From Haliotis rufescens (Eukaryota), in assembly GCF_023055435.1 (NCBI RefSeq), contig NW_025963791.1:16430001-16494000 (forward strand): DNA of 64,000 bases. Reading direction: 5' to 3'. Below the pieces are notes generated by a model. The model was not told where the DNA came from and did not search any database. It worked only from the letters and a program-made list of their open reading frames with translations. The number at the start of each line of letters is the position of its first letter. The first letter of the stretch is position 1. The position numbers and the translations under genes are program-made. This document shows positions 53,501-64,000 of this stretch, piece after piece.

Positions 53501-54225
53501 AAGGTACATTGTTAGATAAGGGTACAATCAATAGTCTTAATCTGATGTGTCCATTTAGTTTCTTTTTGCGTATAAAGTGTAAATATGCATACGAATAAAT
53601 ACACACGATGAACATAATGTCTTCTATATCCTTACAATTATAGAATATATGGTCATTAAAATTAATGCAAGTGGCCTCTTTTTCTTCTGTACTCTACAAT
53701 GGCATAATAGACACTTTAGTAGAAAGAAATCCCGTGACATTCTTGGTGAGAATTGATCTTCAGCAACCTACATTCAACACAATCAAACCCTGTGAAGATT
53801 CGGGGTAGAATTGCTCTACATGATCAGTAACACCTGTGTGTGGTAAGAGGTGACCAACGGGATCGGGTGGTCAATGCATGACTTGTTTAATGCATGTCAT
53901 CGTATCTCAATATCAATTGCGCAGATCGATGCTCATGATGTCAATCATTAGATTTTCCAGACTCCATTATTTACAGACCGCCGTCATATATCGAATATTG
54001 CTGCGTGCGGCTTCAAACAACAAACAAAAAGTAGAAAGAAACGTTTGATTAACGTGCAAATTCATCAACAAGCATGCCTACTCTTACATCATGTGAATTA
54101 GTCTTCGGTTAAGTTAAAGAAAAATTGAAATTCGTGAAATGTTGTTCAGTTTTCAGCAGGCTGGCGTGGAAGCGTACAACTTAAATATTGATATTGACTA
54201 ACTTCAACAACAGTAATCATACCAT
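29508..54225 (-). CDS. TRPM: TRPM-family (TRPM2-like pore) cation channel, gene A, apparently complete, ~1360 aa, 35 coding exons
   Basis: Manually spliced GT-AG exons keep one open frame (sum 4089 nt incl. stop): 54225-54223 (ATG), 52752-52679, 52325-51965, 51851-51674, 49867-49728, 49419-49203, 48935-48829, 48739-48651, 48451-48261, 47400-47272, 46892-46765, 46600-46550, 46176-46126, 45839-45789, 45518-45477, 45152-45099, 44846-44796, 42630-42589, 42292-42248, 40625-40512, 40179-40075, 39782-39682, 39486-39258, 38487-38363, 38223-38148, 37653-37522, 36112-35765, 34756-34576, 34245-34119, 33367-33186, 32270-32205, 31251-31222, 30455-30408, 30102-30079, 29704-29508. TRPM motifs: WIKKHVQQRKC, RCVCGH, SHMFLVDNGT, RLFVWAVLSNRNSLALAFWKRG, FYSTPIVKVILN, FWQIFGELFLDEI, LLLNIVIALFN, TRP box IWAWQK..EYDRKPPLPLPF, LDVFE. 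The last small exons are less certain. Confidence 0.9.
30641..30939. repeat. MITE-like element with ~76-bp inverted arms
   Basis: 30641-30716 is the imperfect reverse complement of 30864-30939. Confidence 0.75.
33186..38487 (-). CDS. TRPM: Gene A pre-S1, S1-S6 transmembrane, pore and TRP-helix exons
   Basis: IVYCVFLGLYAHLLL (S1), IWMSAFLLEEMIQ (S2), DKWNMLDSLCII (S3), FFFWRLLQACTPSKSIGPMLYMVFRM (S4 and linker), DLIPFLVIFFVAICSYAVASEAILHP (S5), FWQIFGELFLDEI (pore), WVPLMLAVYMIMTHVLLLNIVIALFN (S6), EIWAWQKCRLMVEYDRKPPLPLPFS (TRP). Confidence 0.93.
34812..35100 (-). mobile_element. SINE-like family 3
   Basis: Full reverse copy with a (TTTG)n tail. Confidence 0.85.
38677..38918 (+). mobile_element. 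SINE-like family 3 (no tRNA head; GACCCGTGAAG start)
   Basis: GACCCGTGAAGATCCGGG..GTCGTAAGA(A/G)GCGACTAA..CTGGATTGTCT..GACCGCCGTCATATAGCTG(G/A)AATATTGCTGAG..GGCGTTAAAC(AAAC)n. Confidence 0.85.
38914..39243 (+). mobile_element. Non-autonomous Helentron-like element (HINE)
   Basis: AACAAG start, internal (CAGA)n microsatellite, 3' hairpin ATACCCCCGACA-TTT-TGTCGGGGGTAT, then an A-run. Confidence 0.65.
41390..41820 (+). mobile_element. Penelope-like (Naiad/Chlamys-type) RT 3' fragment
   Basis: TRLYDKRDYFSFPIVNFSFMSSNIP..QKLFDQ, followed by the shared 3' motif ..AACACCTGGT..TTTGATAGTGATTCATAAA. Confidence 0.7.
41824..42083 (+). mobile_element. SINE family 4
   Basis: Matches the 43286-43549 copy. 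Confidence 0.7.
43286..43549 (-). mobile_element. SINE family 4 (tRNA-Leu-like head)
   Basis: GGGGCACGGGTGGCCC..CTAAGGCGCC..GTTCGAATCC head with the shared tail. Other copies at 41824-42083 (+), 15275-15545 (+), 1-58 (-) and 43141-43285 (-). Confidence 0.75.
43603..43767 (-). mobile_element. SINE family 1
   Basis: Full reverse copy. Confidence 0.88.
46309..46478 (-). mobile_element. SINE family 1 (5'-truncated) with (GAGT)n tail
   Basis: Reverse copy lying between micro-exons of gene A. Confidence 0.85.
46765..52752 (-). CDS. TRPM: Gene A N-terminal MHR1/2 (SLOG) to MHR3/start of MHR4 exons
   Basis: Exon peptides FLRVDED..WNVNRPKWIISLMG, IVSDGLHNGV..IGCSSWG, SHMFLVDNGT, IPAVAILHGG..IPVVIIK, GGIADVIC and EAMVHEKTECVEFLLDYG follow the order of TRPM N-terminal motifs. 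Confidence 0.88.
50880..51255 (-). mobile_element. Tc1-like transposase N-terminal remnant
   Basis: The minus strand encodes NDRPRSGHPRVT, the conserved HTH-linker motif of Tc1 transposases. Confidence 0.55.
51262..51399 (+). mobile_element. SINE family 1 (degenerate)
   Basis: Head and tail recognisable, with internal deletions. Confidence 0.7.
53787..54028 (+). mobile_element. SINE-like family 3
   Basis: Matches the consensus. Confidence 0.75.
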
Positions 54226-54270
54226 GTAAAGAGCCTGGCTTTGGCACCCAAACACCTCCACCAGGACGTT
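54223..54270 (-). other. Gene A start exon (5'UTR, ending in the ATG)
   Basis: tttcag|AACGTCC...GCCAAAGCCAGGCTCTTTACATG|gtatga. The paralogous exon at 13067-13029 also ends in ATG|gtatga, and both splice in phase 0 to xPWY. Confidence 0.7.
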
Positions 54271-54769
54271 CTGAAACGAGTTATTAATACATGTATGTTG
54301 AATATGTGGTAGATGTCAGTTTCGGGGCCTATGACATAGCATGTGTCTTCATGATGAAACCACAAGATGACCACAGGAGGACGTCATGAACTATCAATAA
54401 CGAGTGTGTCTAGATATGGCACCATCTCAGAAAATCGGATTGTAGATGGATAACATGCCACTAATTAGAGTTTTATCTGAGTTCAACATATACAACAGAC
54501 TACCTACAATGAATTACTTTCTCATTTGTCGTCATTGTGTAGGTAGATGAGTGAATGTTAGTCGGCTGTGTCAACTGTCTAACATAAAGTTGAAAACGAT
54601 TGATTGCAATGACTGCACATGTATATCTGAAAACTAAAACCAACATACTTGAAATATAACCTGTCCTTACCACGTTTGGGGGCGTCTTGAGACGAGTCTG
54701 CACCCTCTGGATCAGACATAGCGGCCATCAGTACCTTAACATTGATGTTATTAATAGAATGATATTGAG

Positions 54770-54836
54770 GAAGTGAGGTGAAATGGGATTTAACGTCGCG
54801 TCCAAGATTGTTGCACTTATATAGCGAGGTGCATGC

Positions 54837-54908
<72 letters not shown>

Positions 54909-55162
54909 CTGCTTGTACTAGTCCGGACTGATGCCGATTTATTGTGCTGGCACACTGAGATACCATGCCGCAGTTTAACATGAATACCCCACTCAGACAC
55001 AGTATACTGATTCCGAGCCGACCAGTCCTTGTTATAGCCCCTTAATGCCGAGCGCCAGACATGGCAACTTTTAACGTCTTTTGGTATGACGCGGTCGGGG
55101 ACAGAACCCCGGTCTTTCCGCTCTCCGGGCAGACGCTCTACCACTAGACCACGGAGGCAGTC
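54770..55162 (-). mobile_element. SINE family 2 with internal (CA)n
   Basis: Reverse copy with TSD tgatattgag and (GT)n at 54839-54906. Confidence 0.85.
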
Positions 55163-55864
55163 TGATATTGAGAAGGGTTGAGTAGGTGGGATATAATGAG
55201 ATGAAAGGAGTCGCAATACTGTGTTTTCTGAAGATAGTATTACACAAAGTGTGCCTCGCCCCTGTATTATAGCTGGAATATCGCTGACTTCTATGACAAC
55301 GTCACACAATCATTTACTGATCATTGTAACCACCACATACCAATTATGGTAATTAAAATGTCACTACATCAAACCCACACTGGGGTTACGCCATATACAT
55401 GCAGTGTTATGTGCCATGTCTATATTCAAAGAGTTTTAAAATTATATCGTGTTAGTTAAAGGCGTTAATTGTGGTCATGTTGGTGACTCCCTCGAACACG
55501 AGGTGTTGTCAGATGAATAATCATAATTGGAGGATCATGTCAGTCAAGGGGAACAACTATGTATGTATACATGTAGTTCCGTTCTCGTAGACGTTGTACA
55601 GACCCTTACCGCGAGGCCAGTGATACTAAGTCGGATTTGAACGCACAACCATGTGATACCCTTGTCTAGAACTCCTTATGTTCCAATTATGATGATAGAA
55701 AGAGAACATCTTATAACTCGCGACATATATTTTTGTCAGGTTTAGGGTGAAAACACATTTTAGATAATGCCATAAAGATATACGCCTTCTACTGACGAGA
55801 CTATGAATCCTCAATGTGCTATAGCCAATGAAACTATTGTTTCTATTGTTCTGAACTATTGTTC

Positions 55865-55990
55865 AAAATGAGGTTGCACCATATGTATCATACATAAGGA
55901 GGCTTGGGTATGGTACCACAGTAAAATGAGGTTACACCATAGGTATCATACAGGTATAGGAGGCTTGGGTATGGTACCACAGTAAAATGA
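55865..55990. repeat. ~60-bp tandem duplication
   Basis: AAAATGAGGTT.CACCATA.GTATCATACA..AGGAGGCTTGGGTATGGTACCACAGT occurs twice. Confidence 0.85.
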
Positions 55991-56480
55991 ATTACTTCTC
56001 ATCAAGGAAATGGAAATGCCATCGCAATATGTTTTCTCTTTTCATTTTATGTTTACAGTCACTTGGTTTATAAACTAGAAAAAATAAATGAATAAAAGAT
56101 ACATTTGACCTGATAGTGATCAATAAACACATGCTTTTCATTCAGTCGGAATCGTACAATGGACTCTGCTTACGGTAGATATTTCTTATGATAATAGAAT
56201 CTTTTGTCGCGTTTATTTTATATGATGTTATTTGGGGCTATGGGGGAAGAACATAGTTAGATATTGCATTGTCGTTCATCAATGCATCATCAATAACATC
56301 AATGCACCAATAACCCATATATTTTATTCATGAATTCTTACCACATGATTACACTCTGTGTGTGTGTGTGTGTGTGTGCGTGTGCGCGTGCGTGCGCGTG
56401 CGCACATTTGTATACCATATCATTTTCAGAGGTACATGTTGCTTTGTTGCCCAAGGCGTGGGCTCCAACCCCTTGATTAA

Positions 56481-57133
56481 AGGGCAAGTTCACACGGAAA
56501 TTAACCAATTTTTCTTGTACTTTTTCCACATTAAAAGTGTTAACATAGAAGTGTCATAGACAAAAATATAAAAACATCATATTTAATTAACATATTTTTT
56601 GCATTAAAACGATTTATATTTTTCACATTTACCAAGTGTTCTATTTCCATAACAAAAACACTATGGCTTATGCACCTTGCAATATGACGTCATTGGTGCC
56701 AATTGATAAACATTATGACGTCATCATGCTTTGTTAGAGCCGCTTCACGTGGTGTAGGTACAGTTTTGTGATTCTAGCGACTCAGATGCCAGCCAGAATT
56801 GTGTTATGCTGAGTCACCACTGCGCCGGAGTGTGTCGTAGACCATGTTGTTTTACCGCAAACTGGTCCTTGATATCTTTTGCGTTGAGAATAGACAGGGA
56901 CCCAGTTGAATTGGCACCAATTACGTCATAATCTAAGGGGGATAACTCAGGCCTATTTCGCTCGTAAAACGAAGGTTTCATAACGGCATATCATTTTAAC
57001 ACTATTGTGAGCTTCCTACTTTCACCGTGAAAAAAAATGAGTGTATATTTTCAAACACAGATACTAACTAATTCTAAAATTGCGTTTTGTTTAGAAAAAG
57101 AAAGAAAGTGATTTTTGCGTGTACAGTTCCCCT
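56481..57133. mobile_element. Kolobok-type non-autonomous DNA transposon
   Basis: TTAA|AGGGCAAGTTCACACG...CGTGTACAGTTCCCCT|TTAA: imperfect TIRs with a TTAA TSD. Confidence 0.65.
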
Positions 57134-58285
57134 TTAAGTGTCTTCCCACCATGAACGCACTTGTTTGTTGTATCAAAGTGGTAAACGACCAGTGGTGTAA
57201 CTGAAATACTGTTAAAAGCTGCGGTAAAATCAAATAATTCACTCAGTCGTAAGAAAGGTGGGTTATTCATCATGTGCATTTAAAGCATACCTATTCACAT
57301 CGTCAGTGGTGTTTGTATTATACCATGTGTCTGTGTCTGTTTGTGTATGTGTGTGTGGGGCGGGGGTGGTGTGTGTGTGGGGGGGGGGGGGGGGGGGGGG
57401 GGTAAGGGAGTTATTGAAGTCGAGAGTATAGAATGTAGGTGTCGTGTTTCATTTGAACAAAGACAGCAAATGGACATAGGGGCCTTTGACAACGTCTTTC
57501 AAGACAGACTACAAAGCCTTGTTTACAAATAAGCAATAGGTTCATGTTACTATTATGCTAAGGGATCTTAAGGGATTTCCCAGTGTGCAATACTGGAAGT
57601 TGTTTAGCGTTGCGAATTTATTTCGTAAATACGATTGTACATAATTTCATTCAACCTCCATGACCCGTTTAGTGACATTAAAAGTCTTGATTCGATGTAA
57701 AACTACACTTTTAGTAAGTTTTATGTCTTAATAGATTTGTACTAAAACGCATCTATTTTACCCTGCTCTGAACAGTAGTTCACAGATTGTGTCACAGTTC
57801 AATGTCACTGATGAGAGTGATTTACTGACACTCCGTTTGGATAAGGTATAGCTTCTGGACGACTTAATTTCTGTACAGTGTACTAAGGAAGACTATTTGA
57901 CATGCTGTAATATATCTAATCTCAATTGAGCCATTGTACAACACAGCAGTTCATTACGTAGTATTAGGACATTTAGAGCCTCTATCACTTAGCCAGTAAT
58001 CTCGTGGGTCGTATCGGTTATCACATCCATAGTATACATCTACACTGTTAGTCAGTACTATTGTTATAGTGACCCATTTGCTCTAGTATTCCTTAAAATA
58101 CATTTTGATATTTGGTTATTACAACTTGCATACAGCTTTTAATATTACATAATATTACATTACAGAAAGGAGATCCACGAGGCTCTTGCGCGCTTTCAAT
58201 TGTTATCATCGGAACAAACATGTGAAATTTCAGTTCATGACGTCTAGTGGTCGATGTTTACAGATGTCGACGATGCCGGACATAA

Positions 58286-58451
58286 NNNNNNNNNNNNNNN
58301 NNNNNNNNNNNNNNNNNNNNNNNNNNNNNNNNNNNNNNNNNNNNNNNNNNNNNNNNNNNNNNNNNNNNNNNNNNNNNNNNNNNNNNNNNNNNNNNNNNNN
58401 NNNNNNNNNNNNNNNNNNNNNNNNNNNNNNNNNNNNNNNNNNNNNNNNNNN
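58286..58451. other. Assembly gap (N-run)
   Basis: Ns in the sequence. Confidence 1.
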
Positions 58452-58453
58452 CT

Positions 58454-58503
<50 letters not shown>

Positions 58504-58601
58504 GGTGAATCGTCAACGTATATATTGTTTGTTATCTGCATAAAGTTGTAGACAAGCCATATGACCATATTAAGGATTCAAAATAAACCGCATTAACTTA
58601 C

Positions 58602-58700
58602 CTACATCTGGATTTGTTGTGGTAGATTCCCATGACTGTGAATGACTGGGTGAAATACGCCACGTAAATGTTTTAGTAAGAAATGCAAAGAAGACCAGGC
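58602..58700 (-). other. Putative upstream 5'UTR exon of gene A (5' end undefined)
   Basis: Strong donor ATGTAG|gtaagtt at 58602. The same ATGTAG|gtaagtt donor lies at 18379 upstream of gene B. Confidence 0.4.
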
Positions 58701-59934
58701 ATTCAGGTCACGCAGCTATCAGTGGCGTTGGTTCTTCTGTGGTAAAGGGGGTAAGGGTAAGATCAAAGTACGGAACGAACTCGAGATTCAATGAAAGTGC
58801 GTGTATTGATACATATACAATGTTCTTGGCCTGCCGATGAATTGATATCTTAGGTGCGGCAAGTTTTCTTTCAATGGCAAATTTAAAAGAATTCATCTCT
58901 GACTTAATCACGTCTTTGTGAATACTATCTTGAATGTCATGTTTTCGTCCTGTAAGTGCATGCTGTAGAGTTAATGGAATGACAAAACCTACTGGGAATG
59001 TTTTCTTTCCTACACTCAAAGGGCACAATATGTCATAACTACATGATATACATAAATACATAAATAGTCTACATGCACCTGTCTTTGAAGTGTTACCACA
59101 CAATAACACAATATGATAATAATATTGACTATAGACAAAACTCTTTAGCAAAATATAGGTACAGTTTGGCAGTCTGACATAATTCTCTTCATGTAGTTCA
59201 GAAAGCTGGCAATGGTTTCACAGTCAACCATTATCCTCTACCTGTGTATCACTGGTTTGCACACAACCATATATATCCTGTTTGCATATGTATTGAATCA
59301 GCACAGGGAAACAATGAATAGAGGATATTATATGAGAGTTCATGTCATACTATGTTTACGACACGAGTGACGAAATTCCAGTATTTCCCGAGCGAGAGCA
59401 ACAATCTTCAGCTATGGCGTCGTTTCTAGAGTGACGTCATTCCGACCTCACGTCACAATAAGATTCGAACGAATCAACAATGCCGCCCGGATTACGGAAA
59501 CAATACACTGTTGTCTCGTGACGTGATATGACCCTAGGGCACATATGATTTTTGTGAACCCCGATATGTTTGCCCTCGTAGGTAATAAAAATGATTATTA
59601 TGATTCTTATATAATCTTCATATGCATACAGATACATTGGCAGTCCAATTATCTCTATATAGATATAAGTGCAAAGTTATTTATACTTAAGTTCCTTACA
59701 CAGTGTATACACCTACATCCCACTCTTTGTTGCTTTGTTCAAAAGTTTGTTTTTATTTGTTTATTGTTTAATGCCGTACTATTCCAGTTATGACGGCGGT
59801 CTGCAAATAATGGAGTCTGGACCAGACAATCCAGTGATTGACATCACAAGCATCGATTAGTTGATGAACTAATATGAATACCATTAAGAAGGAAAAGAGA
59901 AAAAATGAGACATGAGTTCCATCAGGTAATTAAT

Positions 59935-60370
59935 ATGTCGTGACCGTTTGTTCCCCTTTATGTCGAGCAATATACCAGTGTCTACTTTTTACAGCTTTTG
60001 GGGTACAATGCTCTTTCATACGACTCATACCACTCTTGCTCAAAAGTTGTTTGATCAAGGTTACAACATTCAAGGCCTCAGTAAAGCTTTTGAAAGGTTT
60101 TATGGTTGATATTTTGAATTTGGAGTTGGACTTTTCCAAATTTGACACATCAGTGACAAAAATGTTGTCCAATGCAATTCCCTATTTTGACTTGTAGCAC
60201 GTTCCCTTGTTTTTCTTGGTGAACAATCGACTTTCCTTAGTATGTGTGTATGCTGTGTGCCACCGGTTCCGTAATCACTTGGTATCATCACTCTTTGATA
60301 GTGATTCACAAACACATGTTCATGACTTTGTCGGAGTCGTACAGTGGTCTATGGAGTTTTGTCGCTTGTA
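59935..60370 (+). mobile_element. Penelope-like RT 3' fragment (same family)
   Basis: Broken ..SNIPVS.. and AQKLFDQGYNIQGLSKAFERFYG..SKFDTSVTKML, followed by the same 3' motif. Confidence 0.65.
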
Positions 60371-61174
60371 TTTTTATGTACAATGTCATTTGAGCACAAG
60401 TCTGATATGTTGATTTCATTGTTGTAATGTTGGGAGATTTTGTGGTCGTTTTATATTTTAGTATTACGAAATGACAATGCGTATTTTATTATTTGCGGTA
60501 TGCGAGGACGAGTTATGTCCCTTTGAACGGAAGTCAGGGAGAGAGCACATGTTATGAGTGGAAGAATGCGATGCGGTGACATATGCGGGATTTGCGAAAA
60601 CGATTGCCTTACACATTGAAGTTGTCAAGTGAAAGTGTATGTTTTCGACGATGTATTATGCTCTCCTGAATCCTAACAATGTTTTTTTCGGGGCCAACGA
60701 TGACGGGTTCCAGCAATAAATCAATCAATAATCATGAAATGTGTTGCGTCTCATGGTTACATCACGAAGAGCATGGACCATCAACTAGATGCGTGGAATA
60801 AGCTTAAACCACCAAATCAAGAACCGTTACAATTGTCATTTCAGTAATTATGTTCGTCGTGTCTGTCTGCAGTGGATACTTTGTTGCTCTTTCAGCTAGA
60901 ACAATAGCTACATGTCCAAACATATTCTTCACTTTGTTGCCGATTTCTGCAATGTATTTCACCATTATCACCTATTAGATTGTTATACACATGATTGTTA
61001 TATATTAGTTAGACTATCCTTATCTTCATAACATATTTCTTGTTTTGTTTATGTTATATTGTATGTAGAATTATTTTTGAATTGTAACAATATTATCTTC
61101 AACAAAGCGCGATTACTAAGTGAATATTTCTTTCGTTTGATTTGATAGTACGTCACGTACGTCAATAATAAGAA

Positions 61175-61370
61175 TAATTTGCTGTTCAACGGCGGAATCA
61201 AATATATTCCAGCTATATGACGGCATTCTGTGAATATTCGGATTTGGAACGGAGAATTCAGTGATTGACATCATGAGCATCAAATCTATCCAATTTGGAA
61301 ACGATGACATGAAATCCACCAAGTCACGGAACCTGACCTCTCGATTCATATAGTCGCCTTTTACGACAAG
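61175..61370 (-). mobile_element. SINE-like family 3 (degenerate)
   Basis: Matches the consensus with many substitutions. Confidence 0.6.
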
Positions 61371-61439
61371 AAGTCTTTGAACTTGAACATTCCATATTAA
61401 TTAACTTTTTATCCTTGAGTGATTATGTGATTATCTCGT

Positions 61440-62950
61440 ATTGATGGGCGATTTCAAAGCTGAAACGAGTAACCTATGTGACCACTGTACCATAGAGTAA
61501 CACATACCTGAAGCTTTGGATATAGTCATAAATGATTTACCAAGGCCTTTGACAAAGTGTGGATAAAAGGTTTTTGGCAAAAAATAATCAAAAGTGCCGT
61601 CACTGGTAAATTTCTAATTCTAATTAAAACATTATACAGCGGTATTAAATCATATGTTTTAGTAAAAAACATCAGATTTTCCCCAAGCCTTTCACGAGTT
61701 CGACAAAGAGAAAATTTATCCCCATTTCTATTGTCATTGTATAAAAATGACCTTAGGGCAATCTCTATTGGAACATAACTGTCATGCTGTAAATGTTGAT
61801 TACAATCTTGGTGATGATGCAACCCTATTATTACAATTTATAAAACTACTGTATTCTGATGATGCAGTCGTATTAGATGCCCAGCTGATTTACAGAACAC
61901 TCTCGACTCGTTTAGAATAAACTGCACTAAATGGAACTTATTTTAACATTTCAGAAACAAAAAAGAATGACACGATATGATATGAATTAAAAACTCCAGT
62001 TCATGTTTGATCGAACTAGTTGACAGCCAAGTTTACCTGAGCTACATGTAACTTTCCACAGCAATCGAAGGATGGTAAGGGCAATTTAATGTTTTGCCTC
62101 TAATACCAAGAAAGCCAGGTTGTCTTCTGAAGAGCGCCAGGAATATTTTTTTACCTCTCGATTGAGTTATCTCGGTTATAAGGTTTAGAAATATGGGGTT
62201 ACGAAAATCTAGAAATTATTGAGAGTGTTCATTTCAAATTTCTATAATATGCCACTGGATAAAGAGCATCAACTCCACATTTTATGGTTTATGGGGAATT
62301 AGACAGGGTACCTCTACACATAACTATCTCAAAACGGCAAATAACATTCTGACCTAATATCGCAACACTTACCTGTGATAAGACCCTTTCACAAATGACT
62401 TACCATTGTGCTGAACGGAATTATGATGTAATACGTGGCTAGTATCAATAGATTTAAACTATATTAAATAACTGGGGATTTTTCTACAACCCTTTGACCT
62501 GTTATACCACATGGCTGGTTGCTAAGGTAAGCGAGGCAGTACAGAATGGACAAGCAATATGGTATTCTGTATCAGACAGAGACGCCAAAATTTGAACGAT
62601 ACCATTTATTGACAAAAACAAATTATATTCAGTCTTAAAATTCAGAACATGTGATCATAAATTACCAATTGAAACCGGTCGTTGGAGTAATGTAAAAGAA
62701 GCAGATCCTATGTATGAACTGTGCAACTCTCCTTCAGTTGCAGACAAAATCCATTATTTGTTTAGATACCAGGCTCTGTTAAAACATAGCCTTGTGTACT
62801 TACCAAATGCTTAACAGAATAAATGGACTAATCTGTACACATTCAAGAGTTTAATGTCCAGTCACAACGCTAGAGATCACAAGACCCTATCGAGATTTAT
62901 CGATGAAATATTTAAGGCTGTAAGAAAATACAAAACAGAAAAGATATATT
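61440..62950 (+). mobile_element. Degenerate non-LTR retrotransposon RT and C-terminal region
   Basis: KAFDKVW..WQKIIKSAVTGKFLILIKTLYSGIKS..VRQRENLSPFLLSLY, LLYSDDAVV, YGELDRVPL, FRTCDHKLPIETGRW..LCN..ADKIHYLF, with many stops and frameshifts. Confidence 0.8.
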
Positions 62951-64000
62951 ACATACCCATGCTGTCATCTTGTCATATAATAATAATAATTTTATGTGAA
63001 CATGCTTATCTTTTTACCCTATGTACCACCGCCTGATATTTGAAGAGAAAAAAACAAAACAATAAACTGTTTAAAAATTTATACCGACTTTACCACATTG
63101 AAAACGGAATGTCCCAAATACAATAGATATTATCGAATCCAATTTATTGAAGAACAATACTCCCATCCGAAACAATGTACCACACTGCTTGATAATTGTG
63201 AAAAGCATGTATGAAGAGCAACATTTTTAGAACAACATGACCACAAGAGTTCGTGAAAGGTATATACAGTAGGCCACCATCGAAACTAGACGGTGGCATC
63301 GTGCATTGATGTAAAAGCACAACCGACCAATGCAGAGGCTGGCAGCCGATCAGCGAAACGAGCCATAGGGATGATACCGAAGGACACGATCTCACGCTTA
63401 TGTAGCAAGGCCTTCAACTGTTTCCGTCACAAACCTGATACATGCAGATAGGCGAGACAGGTTGGACATCAGAGAGGCCAAAAACGGGTACACCACGTGC
63501 CACAACACCCAACGGCGACTGGTGGATGCGGACAATTCCTCTCCGTAATGGCTTCCGGACAGTGACGTCATCAGCGGCAAATGAGTTTGATCAACCCATG
63601 AGGTTCAGTCGCTAAAAATATTTTTGATTTTACATTGAACGAGAGTAAGCAAGAATATGCACTAAAATCATGACACGAGTTTCTGAAGGCAACATGTAAA
63701 ACAACTGTATTTTACTTACATCTTTAACGTTGATAAAATAAACTGGTTGGTTGATGAATAGTTGGTTTGGTAAAAGGTCGATGAACAAAGTAAAATATCA
63801 AAATACACAACACGTCATAACACGAGTTATTGGGCTTAAAACATTTGAACAGCAGATTACACTCAACAACGATACTTGTAGAATTCAACCGATATTGTGC
63901 CATTTGTTTAAAAATAAACCAGGTCCGAATTTTGTGACAGTTTAGTTTCTGAGGAGATAATGCTAAAATTTGTTCCAGAATTGAAGTATATTTGTTCAAT

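Noticed and set aside
54728-55309. 193-aa ORF with an HT repeat
   Set aside because: Read-through of a SINE and a (CA)n microsatellite.
57806-57836. CTGATGA-GAGTG..CACTC hammerhead-like string
   Set aside because: No GAAA after stem II.
58708-59151. 147-aa ORF upstream of gene A
   Set aside because: No recognisable homology and not in frame with the TRPM start. It may overlap a 5'UTR exon.
1-64000. CRISPR array or prokaryotic operons
   Set aside because: No regularly spaced repeat-spacer structure. The sequence is spliceosomal-intron-containing eukaryotic DNA.

Overview
Eukaryotic, intron-rich and AT-rich genomic DNA with two N-gaps. It is probably from a mollusc, and the SINE families with (ACTC)n/(AAAC)n tails look abalone-like (inference). 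Manual splicing shows two tandem, divergent TRPM-family cation channel genes on the minus strand. Gene A looks complete: ATG at 54225, stop at 29508, 35 coding exons, about 1360 aa, with SLOG/MHR1-4, S1-S6, a FWQIFGELFLDE pore, TRP helix and rib helix, but no NUDT9-H or kinase domain. Gene B starts at ATG 13031 and runs off the left edge. Both carry an unusual array of phase-0 micro-exons (mostly 51 nt) encoding a repeated 17-aa amphipathic helix inside MHR4. Gene A also has phase-1 micro-exons encoding an acidic tyrosine-motif insert in its C-terminal tail, and its stop codon abuts a Penelope-like repeat. Between the genes lies a decayed Polinton/adintovirus-like fragment (integrase plus PolB, tail-to-tail). 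The rest is pogo and Tc1 remnants, LINE and Penelope-like fragments with hammerhead-like motifs, four SINE families sharing one 3' tail, MITEs and microsatellites. Most ORFs in the supplied track are spurious or are single exons.
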